From the NCBI GenBank assembly GCA_028534125.1, contig CM052816.1, forward strand, positions 86,802,001 to 86,866,000: a stretch of 64,000 nucleotides of DNA, given 5' to 3'. Shown here piece after piece: positions 14,175 to 26,965 of the stretch. Origin of the DNA: Lama glama (lineage: Eukaryota). Numbering within the stretch: the first letter of the stretch is position 1; every line of letters starts with the position of its first letter. The position numbers and the translations under genes are program-made. A model generated the notes under the pieces. It was given only the letters and a program-made list of their open reading frames with translations. It was not told where the DNA came from and did no database searches.

Positions 14175-14885
14175 TTTTTTAAAGAAGGGAAATGTTTATT
14201 GGTGTGGGGGGACAAGGGGCATCACTGTTGCTCTTACATCTCCCACTGTATCTTCATGCTTTGTAAGCAAGGATGCTGGCTCCAATGAGATGCCTCCTTT
14301 GATTCTGCCAAATGCATTTCCAGTTTTTCATGTTGCTGTGGAGGGCTCAGACTGGGGAAGGTTTGTGGAACCTACAGGCATCTTCAGGTGGCCCAGGGGC
14401 TATAGGTGAATGACTTTTGCTGTTTGGTGACCTCTGAACCCTCTGCATGCCCAAAGATTGGGGTCAGCAGTGAGGTGGGAGAGCACTGACACTTGCCCAG
14501 TAAGCCACTGTTGCCCATCCAGGTGCCACTGATTGGATACAGCAGTGTGTTCTCCTTGCACTGAGTTAAATCCATGCTCTGGTCAAACACCTTGGTCACA
14601 TATGTACTGGTTCTTTGCAGTCCTCCTTCTGCCAGCCCATCATCTATCTTCCTCCTCTTCCTCGTTTGCTGGTGGTAGATGTGGGCAGATGGCCTTTTGA
14701 CAGTGGCTGTGATGATCGCGCAATCCTTGCTGCGAGCGTCCAAGTGGGTCTTCCAGGCTTCCTCATCCAGATGCTCCCTGTCCATGTAACTTCTCCAGCA
14801 GACACCGCAGAGGGGCATCCAGTTTGTTACTGGTCTTAGCCATCTTCAATTCTGATTTCTCTACTGTCACCTGTACTGGGATTTT
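14175..14885 (-). pseudogene. LIN37: Processed pseudogene (retrocopy) of LIN37, DREAM/MuvB core complex subunit
   Basis: Minus-strand translations [32 protein letters not shown] / [65 protein letters not shown] / ..NMKNWKCIWQ..EASH..SMKIQWEM*EQQ* match recalled human LIN37 ([47 protein letters not shown]...SMKILREMYERQ*). No introns. The start position reads AAA (14883-14885); frameshifts near 14790 and 14425; internal deletions; premature TAA; terminal TGA at 14222-14224; AATAAA at 14195-14200; decayed poly(A) at about 14161-14180. Confidence 0.93.
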
Positions 14886-14920
14886 AGTTTGGGTCTCACT
14901 ATACACAAAAATAAATACAC

Positions 14921-15335
14921 ATAGTGCTGCTATGAACATTGGGGTGCAGGTGTCATCCTGGAGTAGATTTCCTTCTGGATACAAGCCCAGGAGTGGGATT
15001 CCTGGGTCATATGGTAAGTCTATTCCTAGTCTTTTGAGGAATCTCCACACTGTTTTCCATAGTGGCTGCACCAAACTGCATTCCCACCACCAGTGTAGGA
15101 GGGTTAATAGCCAAAACATGGAAACAGCCTAAATGCCCATCAACAGGTGACTGGATAAAGAAGATGTGGTATATTTATACAATGGAATACTACTCAGCCA
15201 TAAAAACCGACAACATAATGCCATTTGCAGCAACATGGATGCTCCTGGAGAATGTCATTCTAAGTGAAGTAAGCCAGAAAGAGAAAGAAAAATACCATAT
15301 GAGATCGCTCATATGTGGAATCTAAAAAACAAAAA
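14921..15335 (+). mobile_element. Young LINE-1 with inverted 5' segment (14921-15105 minus, 15106-15335 plus); runs into gap
   Basis: The minus part encodes [47 protein letters not shown]; the plus part continues [33 protein letters not shown] (L1 ORF2 C-terminus) without stops. Confidence 0.92.
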
Positions 15336-15435
15336 NNNNNNNNNNNNNNNNNNNNNNNNNNNNNNNNNNNNNNNNNNNNNNNNNNNNNNNNNNNNNNNNN
15401 NNNNNNNNNNNNNNNNNNNNNNNNNNNNNNNNNNN
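15336..15435. other. Assembly gap (100 N)
   Basis: Run of N. Confidence 1.
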
Positions 15436-15965
15436 TAGAGAAAAGAATGAAGAAAATATGATCAGGCACACAAATATTTGTTAAACACATCAAAGGAAGT
15501 GATAACCACGGCAAAGAATGTTGGCATACAGCTGTTGCTATCCCAAAAGTGGTTCAAACATACGGGATTTAGTACTCAAATATAACCTAATAGAAACAGT
15601 GATTATTAAAGCAGTGAGAAACATAAGCAACTTCAGGTAGAAGCTCTCATTTATGAAATATTTGCGGCATTTTCAGCTCTGCTTTGCCACAGTGTGCGGA
15701 GGTGTCACTGGACCAGCACTGGGCAGGTCAGAAGTACCCCTTGGCCTATATGATCCAATTTTTATTCAGTATTGGATGCTACACATGAAATACTATTGAG
15801 ATATTGAGATTTGGATGATTTTACCGTCTTCAAGGGAGGATTTAATTTTCTTATGCCCTGAAAACATAATAGAGATTTTCAGGAGAAAATTTGTAATGGA
15901 AGAAATTTTTGTGTATTGGGGTACCAGGAAGCCATTCTTGCTTACACAATTTGGCCTGAACTTTA

Positions 15966-16374
15966 TGTGAACCAGAACAGCCTGATGTGTGGCCAGTCAA
16001 ACATACATTGTACATCTGCTTTAACCATTAAAGGATGAACACTTTGAAGATAAGGAGAAATATCTTCCTTCCTACGAAACTGATGCCAGCATGCCTTCCA
16101 AGATAGGGTTCCCTTCCTGGGCCCATGCTGACCAGCTATGTACATGCTAATCTGTAACTATACGTCTCTGTGGAAACCTGGAAGGGATGCAACCTGTCAT
16201 GTCTGATGTATGTGTTTTGTTCTGACAAGGTACAAAACTGCGTTGAAAACCAGGTTTCTCTGGAGCACTTTCTTCTTTGGTGGAGGCTGCACTCCTGAGC
16301 TAGTCCTCAGCTTGGCTTGTATAATTCTCTTCTATTTCTTACTGTAGACTATTCACTGATTATTTGTGTTGACA
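15966..16374 (+). mobile_element. Solo ERV1-like LTR
   Basis: TGTGAAC...GTTGACA termini, about 410 bp, more GC-rich than the flanks. Confidence 0.55.
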
Positions 16375-16489
16375 TTACAGTATCTAAAAGAGATTCAATA
16401 TCTAAAATGATTCAAATGGAAGTTTTAGAATTTAAAATGAAGTTAGGAATTCAGTTTGTCCTTTTAAAAGCAGGCTACTCCTTTTCCAC

Positions 16490-16575
16490 TTTATGTATAA
16501 CTGAATCACTTTGCTGTACCACGGAAACGAACACAACATGGTAAACCAACCTATACTTCAATTAAAAAAAAAAAA
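16490..16575 (+). mobile_element. Extreme 3' tail of cetartiodactyl L1
   Basis: gtataactgaatcactttgctgtacc..aacacaacatggtaaaccaacctatacttcaattaaaaaaaaaaaa. Confidence 0.85.
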
Positions 16576-17002
16576 TTGCAGCAACATGGATGCTCCTGGA
16601 GAATGTCATTCTAAGTGAAGTAAGCTAGAAAGAGAAAGAAAAATACCATATGAGATCGCTCATATGTGGAATCTAAAAAACAAAAACAAAAACAAACAAA
16701 CAAAAACAAAGCATAAATACAGGACAGAAATAGACTCACAGACAGAGAATACAGACTTGTGGTTGCCAGGGGGGTGGAGGGTGGGAAGGGATGGACTGGG
16801 ATTTCAAAATTGTAGAATAGATAGACAAGATTACACTGTATAGCACAGGGAAATATACACAAAATGTTGTGATGGCTCACAGAGAAAAAAATGTGACAGT
16901 GAGTGTGTATATGTCCATGAATGACTGAAAAATTGTGCTGAACACTGGAATTTGACACAACATTGTAAAATGATTATAAATCAATAAAAAATGTTTAAAA
17001 AA
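16576..17002 (+). mobile_element. Young 5'-truncated LINE-1 3' end (same family as 15106-15335)
   Basis: First 111 bp match 15225-15335 with one mismatch; ends gacacaacattgtaaaatgattataaatcaataaaaaatgtttaaaaaa. Confidence 0.9.
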
Positions 17003-17189
17003 TTTGAAGGAGTAATAATAAACCAGCAGGAACTGGAAAAAAAAACAAGCTAGACTCAACAGAAGAAAGATTATTGGACTGGACACAGAAAAGTAAAGGG
17101 AAAAGAGAATAAACAGTGCAGTAAAAAAATGGGGGAAGGTAAAAAACATGTGAGAAGCAGGAAAAGAAAAAAGAATCTAAAATACATAT

Positions 17190-17380
17190 AATTTTAGTGA
17201 AATTATTTGAAGAAACACCAGGGAAACATTTTCTAAAACTCATGATAGACATTAACCCCCAGATTCCTGAAGCTCAATAAAACTTTATAACAATTGATAA
17301 AAAGAAAATCACAACTAGGCATACATTAATGTAGTTGCTAAAATCCAAAGAAGTGAATAAAAATATACTGTACATGAGAA
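17190..17380 (+). mobile_element. Old LINE-1 ORF1 remnant
   Basis: aaattatttgaagaaa..aacattttctaaaactcatgatagacattaacccccagattcctgaagctcaa..aaatcacaactaggcatac. Confidence 0.55.
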
Positions 17381-20300
17381 ATACCTTTTTTTTTTAAATT
17401 GGGACACAGAAAATATGAGATTAGGGAGACATACAATCTCTGTCATGCAAGTAACAGACAAATAAATATTTGTTCACATACTAATATTCGACAGAGTGGG
17501 CTTATATTTAAAAAATGCAAGTGCTAAAGAAGGCTGAAGTATATTTATACTTAATTTTGTAACATAGTGTATCCACAATAATGTCAAAATATGGTAGATG
17601 TTCAATATTTGTTGTATCTGTGTCTGAGTATAATACATGCACTAAAATAAAAATCATCCAGTTTTGTGGGTCTATTCAGTTTATTTATTTTGTTGAAAAA
17701 GTATCCAGAACTATATTTGGGAGAGAAGTTTCACTTCTACTTATGAAAGTAATCTAAAGTAATCTACTCCACCAAGGGCACAGATACATATTTACAGATA
17801 TGCTGACATAGTAATTATAATTGCCCCAAACCAAAATCCTAGAAACAATGTTAGTGACTAATAATATAGGTTGAAGTAGGTAAATTCTGTAGTTTTAAAA
17901 CAGCCATAAAATGGAGAACCATAGAGAAATGAAAGATCATGGTAGATCTCTCTCTCTCTCCCCCTCTCAATTTTCTCTCTCTCAGTATATATACTGATGT
18001 TAAAAGTGAAAATTTATATTAGATAAATAAAGCAAAGCTGCAGATATATTCAGAGCATACTCTTGCTTATTTAAAATACATTCTCAATTTTGAATGTGTC
18101 TAAAATAAATTCTCAATTATGTCCACATCTATGTATAATCTGGATGTATATGGAAGGATACATAAAATACTTCACTTATTTCTGAGTAGTTGGACTGAGA
18201 AACTGTTTAAGAGTGGTGAAGAGAGAATCTTTTTTTTTTCTTTATTCCCTTTGAAACTTTCCATGATTTTGGTTTGCTTTGTGTGTGTACATGTGCCTCA
18301 AATAGCTTTTTTTCTTCTTTCATAGAAAAGTGGAAACGTGTTGTTTTTAAAAGATTTTCAACAGGCACACACACACATGGTAAAAAGATGTTCTACAACA
18401 CTTGCCATACCAAGATAACTATAATTTCAGGATTACAATGAATTGGTTTATTCATTTTGGATGGAATGCTGTACTAAGCATATGTCACTATTTCCTACAG
18501 CATCATGAAATTAGGACTGTACTTTGCCAAAAAATGCCAGATGGTCATGATGTACCAATTGCTTATACTGACTACTGAGCCACATTTCAAGCCTGGAATA
18601 AAGCTGAAATATGCTGCAAAATAGCACAGATTTCCCAGAGCAGATTGTTAGAAGACATTGGCCAATATGAATTTCTAGGCATCTCCACCTTCCACATTTC
18701 ACGGGGTGTTAAAAATTCAGTAAAATAATAAAGCAATTCTATGTCTCAGAAGGAATGAGCATCGTTTAATATTTAATCTATAGCTTCGATAAATGGTATG
18801 GAATTGTACCTTACATGATATTCCTATTTTCATAACACTTTGTGGGTGCTTGTGAAATATACATCAAGCTTCCAGAGGAAACCCTACTTATTAGACTTAT
18901 TTGTATTTCAGTTCACATTCTAAGAAGAATCATCCCAAATAAAATTTAAAAAAATATATAAAATCATTTAAAAATTTCAACTTCATACTTCCATATGAAA
19001 TAAATAAACCATATACTTATAAAATGTAAAGCCTATTTGATGATTAAACTACACAAAAATGTAGAATTAACTTTCCTTAACTCTAACCTTCCTCTTCTGA
19101 AATACCTGTTCCAAAGAGTGCTTATAAGAAAGTGAACTTCTCCTGCAAGATGGTCCTGAACAAGGACTTCATTCTTGCTGATCTACGTTTTTAACCGTGT
19201 GTTTTACATGGTAAGTTACAGGGATGCAAACATTGCAAAGCATCACCTAAAAAAACAAAATTCAAGCTAGCACAGCAACACTCTATTACACCTTACCACT
19301 GTCATTCATATCCAATCTTTCTTTTCTTTTAAGGAAGATTCTACTTTTGGAATCCTAAACCTTAAAACTATACCACTGATGTTTTCTTGCATGTTCTGTA
19401 TGTTAGTAGTAAGGTTTATCTCTTTCAGATTTTCGATACTGAAAATTCTGAGTTTATGTAATATTTGCTTGGCCAAATTTTCTTGCTTTGTATATATTCA
19501 AACAGTGTCTCTGTGTGTATATATATACACACATACATACATACATACACACACATACATACATACTACATACATATTTTTATGACTAGGTATCTTGCAA
19601 AACTAATAATGCCTAAAAATCAAATACAATCTAGTTTTAATTAATTTGTAATTATTTTACTTTTCCATTTTCCTAAGCAAAGTGCTAATAATAAAATTAT
19701 AAGAAATATTTTAATAAAATGAGAAACGTTTTAAATTATTTTATATTATGTAAAATATTGATACAGGACTATATGGAAATGTCATTCGGTCCATAAGATT
19801 TGTCATCAAAGCTTTAGGAAATCTTTGATTTTCTTTTTGCTTCTGTCTTTCTCTCTCATATGGCGGGGGCACAGCTTAGAGTCTATCTGCTTTTATGTTA
19901 TATTTAAAAACTTCATCTTTAAATCAACTCTATTAATACTTGATAAAATATTTGTCAGCACCTCTTTAGATTTATTTTTCTTAAATCATATTTAGCTAAT
20001 TTTAAAGAAACTGTATCATGTTTTTATATTCAAAAATCTTATACAAAATTGATAACTAATAATTTTATTTATTTAATCAAATTTTAGAATTTCTGTACTT
20101 TGGTAAAAATACATGACTAACTTTAAAATTTTTAAATAACTTTTATATTTTTTGTTGTTTTCGTTTGAAGGTAATATTTATTACTCACTAAATATTTAGA
20201 AACACTGAAGTAGAGAAAAAATTGGCAATATTGTATTAACCTCACCATACAGACAAACAATAGATAATTTTCTTGATATTTTCTCCCTACTCTAGATGAT

Positions 20301-22559
20301 TAAAGTTTTCCTTTGGCCATTGATACCATTTTTTGATATGCTATCATCACTATCATCACAACCATCATCAAAGAACCATGTTTTTAAAAATAGATTTTCA
20401 AAATATTATTTGTAAGTACTTTTTAAGGCATATCAATTAATTTCAGCATTTTCTTACTGTTAATATAAATTTTGGCATGACTTTCCTAAGAGATTTATTA
20501 ATATTTATATTAATTTAATATTTATATTTAATATTACAAAAGGGTTAATCTTAATTTAATATTATAGAGTAGGATTAATTGGTAAATATAGATATAAGCC
20601 TTTGAAATATTACAAAATTGTTATACAAAAGAACAAAATAATCCCAGTTGAATTATTCAAAAAATTAATTCAGAATAATTGTAAGTATAAAAATGTAAAA
20701 ATAACATTAGGAAAACAAAGACAATACCATTATAATGAAATATAAAATACTGGGTATATAATTAAAAGTAATACTTAAAAGTGACAATTCCAGAGGCAAA
20801 GATTTACATTTCAAACTTTGTCTATTTACTATGTAGTGGGCAAACTATTCTGTCTTCTTTATGCCTCTTTTTCTTTTTATATTAAATAGGAAACATAAGT
20901 TATATAACACAAAATATTAATTTAAGAACTAATGATATTATTCAAAATAAGTCAAAGTCTTCATAATCAATATTTCAAGTCAGTATAATGTAGAATAACT
21001 TCCTTGGCCTAATGGGTATCTATTCAGCTCCCAGAACAAAAGAGAGCCAGGTTATCTAGTTGAGAAGTAGGAGGACTCTTTCTGCTCTAGCAAATGCAAA
21101 CCATTTTACACATTCTCTCTCAGTTTGGGATTATACTGGAGAAAGCTATGGCATGACAATTTACCCATACCCTAAACACTCTTACTCAACAATAGTGCAT
21201 TTGTTTTGAAAATTTTTACAGAACTAGGAAAATTTAACCAGAGAAAAATAGTAAAAATAAAGTAAACAAAAGCACTTTAAAATCTTTATTTCCTTCTCTA
21301 ATAGTCTACCTTTATTGGTCAAGATGCTCTGGTATTTTTCTGAAATGAAACAGAAAATATAGACTCCTTAGAATTTTAATATTTGCATATAGAAATGTAT
21401 CACATAATAAAATATTTTAAGGAAAGTAGAGACACTGACATATGGCAAGAGCAATACTTTTTGATACATTAAGACAAAAACATAAACAATATTTTTTCTA
21501 AAATACCAGATATGCCCAGGAACGGTAAAATTACAGGTACTGGATCCTATCAAATATATAGATTTCACCAATGCAGCTATTAATATACTCTGATCCAGTT
21601 TGGGCCAGCAAGAGGTTCTTCTGAAACCAAGCTGAAATCTGTCTCCCTGTAATGTTTACCCCACCATCATCCTATTTTACCTCTTGAAGCCACTTTAATT
21701 ATCTTACTTGTGAATACTCCTTTTCAGACACAGAAAGATTTATCGCATTTTCTCAAGCCTAGATGGAGAAATATTATTACTATGCTCAGCATCATGTATC
21801 ATTTGCAAATGAGCAAAATTACTATTATTTACTTGGCTAAAATATCATATTTATTTTTACTTCAACAATGTAAACTGCTTTGTAATCTAGAGCTGTGCCC
21901 AAATAGCATGGATATGATCTCCAAGTTAGATTTAAAAAATTATTTTGGTTAGTTTTCTTAGATGGCCTTTGGAAATAATTCTAGCATTACTAGTTTTGTG
22001 TGGAAGTTTTTGTTTCCTTTTAGACTGATACTGGTTTTCAGAATGAGGCTACAATAAATTAAAATTGGGTTTCATTTTGTTTTTTGGTTTTTTTTTAGTG
22101 TTTGCTATACTTTGAAAAAAATCTTTCTGAAGTACCAAGGCCCTACCATGAATGAAGAGGACTTTATGTATGTTTTTCATTCCATGTATATGACTCATTT
22201 TTGTGTGTATGCACCTTTTAGATTTTCTCTCTAAATAATTAGTAACAGAGCCCACACTTTCATTCTATATTTTAAAATAAAAACCACCATTGCCAGCAGG
22301 AGGTTTGTTAAAATTACTATCACCCAGCTATGTAAAAATCATATTGTTTTTACAAATCTGGTTATATAAGAAGGGAAAAGGAGAATTTTACACAAAGAGG
22401 CATAAAATCTGAGTCACTGCTATTTCATCGTATGTTTTAATGAAGATTTAAAACAATCAAATAATAAAAGTAATTTAGCTGTGTCAAAGAAGGGTTTGTG
22501 ATTTGATAAAATGCACACACACATATTTGTAAAAATGTCTCACCTCCCCAATATAATTT

Positions 22560-23600
22560 ACATTTAGTGAAATGCACATATTTTTCCTTTATAGACCTTC
22601 TAACCAACAAAATGTTAAAAATGTATATTACATACTATTAGTATCTGCCTTCTTTCACCCAACTTAATGTTTTGAGATTCACCAATGTTATTATAGGTAT
22701 CAGTAGTTCATTCAGTTTTTATTCTGCATGTTTTAAGCTGTATGAATTAAACTACAATGTGTTTATCCATTTACGCATTCGCATTATTTCCAGTTTGGAT
22801 CTACTCTGGTTAAATTTGCTATAAGCATTCATTTACAAATCTTTTTATGCACTATGGTTTTATTTGCCTTGGGTAAACACCTAAATGTGGAATTGCTGGG
22901 ACCTAAGCTAACTGAATGTTAAATAACTGAGAGTTCTGGTTAGTCTACATCCTCAGAAATATTTGGTATTCTCAGTCTTTTTCAATTTTATCTACTTGAG
23001 TGGGTAAATTTGTATCTACTTCTCTTAATTGCATTTCCCTAATGATTTTGAACATAGTCTCATATGCTTATTCCCCAGTTCTGTGTATACACGGGGTTGG
23101 TGAGTGCACGTGTGCTCGCCTGTGTATGTATGGCTGGTAAGAAGAGGCATTATTCCTGACACTGTGTGATCTCCAGGGAGTTACCGTTCATCCTTTTGTG
23201 TGTTTATTTCTTGGCCTCAGGATGTTACTTCACACCTCTTTGTTGATCAGTAATACTGAGCTTAATACTCAAGTGAGATCTGTCTTCTCTTTCATCTCAG
23301 CACTCAGCATTGCAAAAATCTCACTGCCTTTATCTCCTTAGACTCTCAGCTTTTTCTCCGGGTAAGGGACCATGGGTTCTGCCAGGGTTCACCGTCCTTG
23401 AGCCAGGATGTGGAAACTCTTAGGCAGTAAGTTGGGGTAATTGGAGGGCTCCCATGGTTTGTTTCCAGCCTCTCAGAATGTTTTCTGTACTGTTTTATGT
23501 CCTGAAAATTGTTATTCATATATTTTGTTTGTTTTCTGGGTTATTTCAGGTGGGAGAGTAAATCTGGTCATTGTTACTTCATCTTGGCCAGGTGTCTGAA
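22560..23600 (-). mobile_element. Old LINE-1 fragments (L1MC/L1ME-like)
   Basis: ttttgagattcaccaatgtt..gtttatccattt..cttgggtaaacacctaaatgtggaattgctggg; ttcaggtgggagagtaaatctggtcattgttacttcatcttggccag. Confidence 0.65.
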
Positions 23601-24299
23601 TTTTAATTTGATTTGATTTTAATTAATTTATACTTAAATTCATATAGTGTGACTATTGTCAACTGAACTTCACAGTACAGCTCAGATGCTTTATCAAGTT
23701 TGACCACACAGCATATTTTATCTTCCTCTTTGGAAAATCACAGGACAGAAGCCCTGCAATAAAGAAGACTGTTTAAATCCGCATTAACTATGTTTTCTTT
23801 CTTTTTTTTTTTTCTTTAGCTTTTTTTGTCTTTAGAAATGTTTCATTGTGTTATAGCTATTTACATCCTGTGGATACTGTGTTCTGCAGAACATTTTGGG
23901 GAGAGGCTTCTAAGACAAATTAGTTTATATTTAACACACTTGCTTTTGGTGTCAAGAAAGGATTTTCCCAATATATTAAGACCAGAAATCTTTTACTTCT
24001 TTTATGTGAGTCAGGATTTCTTTGGAATTCTCCTCATTGCAAGAGTAGCTTTCTTGATAGAACTAAAGATGATAAAGACAGTATCTTTTATGGGACCTGA
24101 GATGCATATTCTATATCCTTTGTATTGTATGTATTTTTTGATTAAAGAATGAATGTTTTATTTTCACCATTAAAATTATATCCTAGATAAGTCCACTGAG
24201 GATTCAAAACATTGCCTAACCAAGTATCAGTGGGTTAGCCTAGGATCCATACTATGATATCCAAATTATAATTTTCACTAAAAATAAAGAGGGTAAATT

Positions 24300-25330
24300 G
24301 AAGATATAAATAATTATATATATGGAAAAGGCAATTTAGAAGGTCAGATTGAAATATTTTTTAAACAATACAGCAAGAAGGTTGTCAAAATGAATACCAT
24401 ATTAAGACTATAATAACTGAGGTGCTAAAGGAAGTCAGGAAGATCCTATGTCATGTGGCTCTCACAGGTCAATGATGGAAAAACTTAAGTATTCATAAGC
24501 TTAATGATTGCAATTAATTTAAACATACCAAATTTTAAAAAACAGTAATAAGATAATGACACTAAATGAAAAGAAATGAAAATAATTGGTCACCACTAGA
24601 TACTGGTTGGGAGTAAAATCACTCTTGCTAATTTTTTTCTAATAATAATAACAATAATAATGATACAACAGAAGGGCTAAAGAGTAGATTAAGTAATTTC
24701 TCTTTCAATTTCCTTCAGCTAATAAATTAAGAAGGAATGATTTTGTAATCCCAAATGCATTATTGTGGGCTGATAACATCAATGATAAAGAAATAATCAG
24801 AAAATAATAGCTTTATAAAGGAAAAACAAAATGCCATCTATAAAATAGACATGTTAAAATATAAAGCTTAAATTTTTTCATGACTCATAGATCCAAATAT
24901 GCATTTACACAAAATGTAGATGACATATAATCACATAGTGAACACCTAGTGATGCAATCAGAAAAATGCAGGTTATGAAAAGACTGTAAGGCCAGTAATT
25001 CACTTACATCAAAAAATAAATTATTAGATGAAATAAAGACATGGAGTCATAACCAATACATTAAAAGATACTGAAAAATATATCAACCAATTATAATGTG
25101 TGAACTTTTATGGGTTCTGATTCAAGAAAACAGTGTTTGCAAATGACAGTATTGGAAATGTATTTATTAAATATTTGATGCTATTAATAATTTATTTTCC
25201 AATTTTTAGGTTTTAAAAATGTTGGGAATTAATAATTATTTAACCTATGTGATGTGGAAGAGAAAAGGAACATGTTACTCTGTTTACTTTTGTACATATT
25301 TAAAATGTCCCATACTAAAGTGTTAAAAAG
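24300..25330 (+). mobile_element. Old LINE-1 3' region (L1MC-like)
   Basis: A-rich with motifs tatcaaccaattataatgtgtgaacttttatgggttctgattcaag and tactctgtttacttttgtacatatttaaaatgtcccatactaaag. Confidence 0.55.
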
Positions 25331-26609
25331 TGTGATGAACTAGGATTCCAAATCTGTGGAATGTTTAAAAATTTTAAAACATAGGAAAAGACTCCAGCCT
25401 CTTTCTGGGTCTATCTGTTGGAATATTCATAGAGCCAGGTTTATTGAACTTTGGCCAGACTACCACTCTTGTCAGTTTTCTTTCATTATCAAGGTATGGT
25501 TTGGATAGGCACTTCTTTTTACCTGAGATGATCATATCAATTATAAAAGTTAAAAATCATTTCATAACATCACCAGCATGTAAAGTTATATAGTTAAAAT
25601 TGAAAACACATCTTCCTATTTATAAACATTCCAATGGATAACTGCATTCTGCATACTTTAAATACTTCATATTCTGGTTACTAATATTGTATTACTTTAT
25701 TTTAATGTAATTCAACAACTTTTCTACAAAAAAAATAAGAACCAATGAAGAAATCCTTTTTGTGGGAAATATCTCAGAAAGCATTATAATGGATAAGAAA
25801 AATTAAAATTAAAGAGAACACAATATCTATGTTGAGGTAACACTATTCAGCAGTTTTTAGTATCTGTCTTTTAATGGACTACAGAAATGTCATTAAATTA
25901 AAGAAAGGTGCTTTGTTCTTTGAGAAAAAAATTATGAGCATTAATCATAATAACAATGACAGGTTTTATACTTCTTCTAGTTTATGTGAAATATAGATTA
26001 TAGATTATATGTTATAAACTTAAAATAAATCAATTGCTGATATATTTTCACAAGTGGACACATTCGTTAAGAAATTTATTTTTATGTGTTTGATAAACAC
26101 TTTATATTTTGTAAGTATTTAAGTAATAGAGTATGCCAATCTGTTTAATCATATGATTCAATAAAAGTCACATGTTATGGGAAACCCATACAAAAATGTA
26201 AAGTATTGTGAATTCTATGTATATAACTGAAAGAATACTTTAAAATTATTCATCAAGTGAGCAGATTGTTTAGTAATTAAATTAAAATATATCACAAAAT
26301 GTTTCAGAAACAATTTGAAGAATTATAATCTGCAATCCTCTAACATTTCTGTAGCATTTGAATAAAGCTTCTGATAGATTTAACATTATATACTAAATCA
26401 TTAAAGATTTTCTTTCTTTAGTGTTGCCTCATATTCTTCATATTTTTATTTTGCATTTATTTCTAGAAATTTTATATATATGTTTTCCTTTCAATTATAG
26501 ATAATTTTTGGTCTGTGAGAAAATTAATTTTAGGTTTATTAAGAAACTTTAAAGGGATTAGATAAAACTTTTCATAAATCATTGTAACTTATCAGAAAAA
26601 GACAAGTTT

Positions 26610-26965
26610 TTAAGTGTTACAAATCATAACCATCAAATTCACCGATTTAAAATGTATAATTCAGTCCTTTTGAGTACGCTGGCAGAGTTGTGAAAACATC
26701 ACCATGATCTAATTCTGGAGAAGTTCATCAAGCCCCCCCAAAAGCCCTGTAAACTTAAGTAGCCTTGTCCCATTCTGTCCCACCCACCCACGCCTGTGTT
26801 TAGCTCTAAGCAACCAGTAATATATTTTGTCTATAGATTTGCCTATTTTGAACATTTCAGATGAATGGAATCACATCTGGTCCTTTGTGACTGACCACTT
26901 CCACTTAACACAGTGTTTTCAGACTTATCCATGTTGTGGCATGTATCAGTACTTATTTCTTACTT
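26610..26965 (-). mobile_element. LINE-1 3' end (L1MB-like)
   Basis: accatcaaattcaccgatttaaaatgtataattcag..tctatagatttgcctattttgaacatttca..atccatgttgtggcatgtatcagtact. Confidence 0.8.

Noticed and set aside
14615..14839. Plus-strand ORF over LIN37
   Set aside because: Antisense shadow of the pseudogene.
19120..19220. Strong donor-like site atg/gtaagt
   Set aside because: No convincing acceptor or reading frame; such motifs occur by chance.
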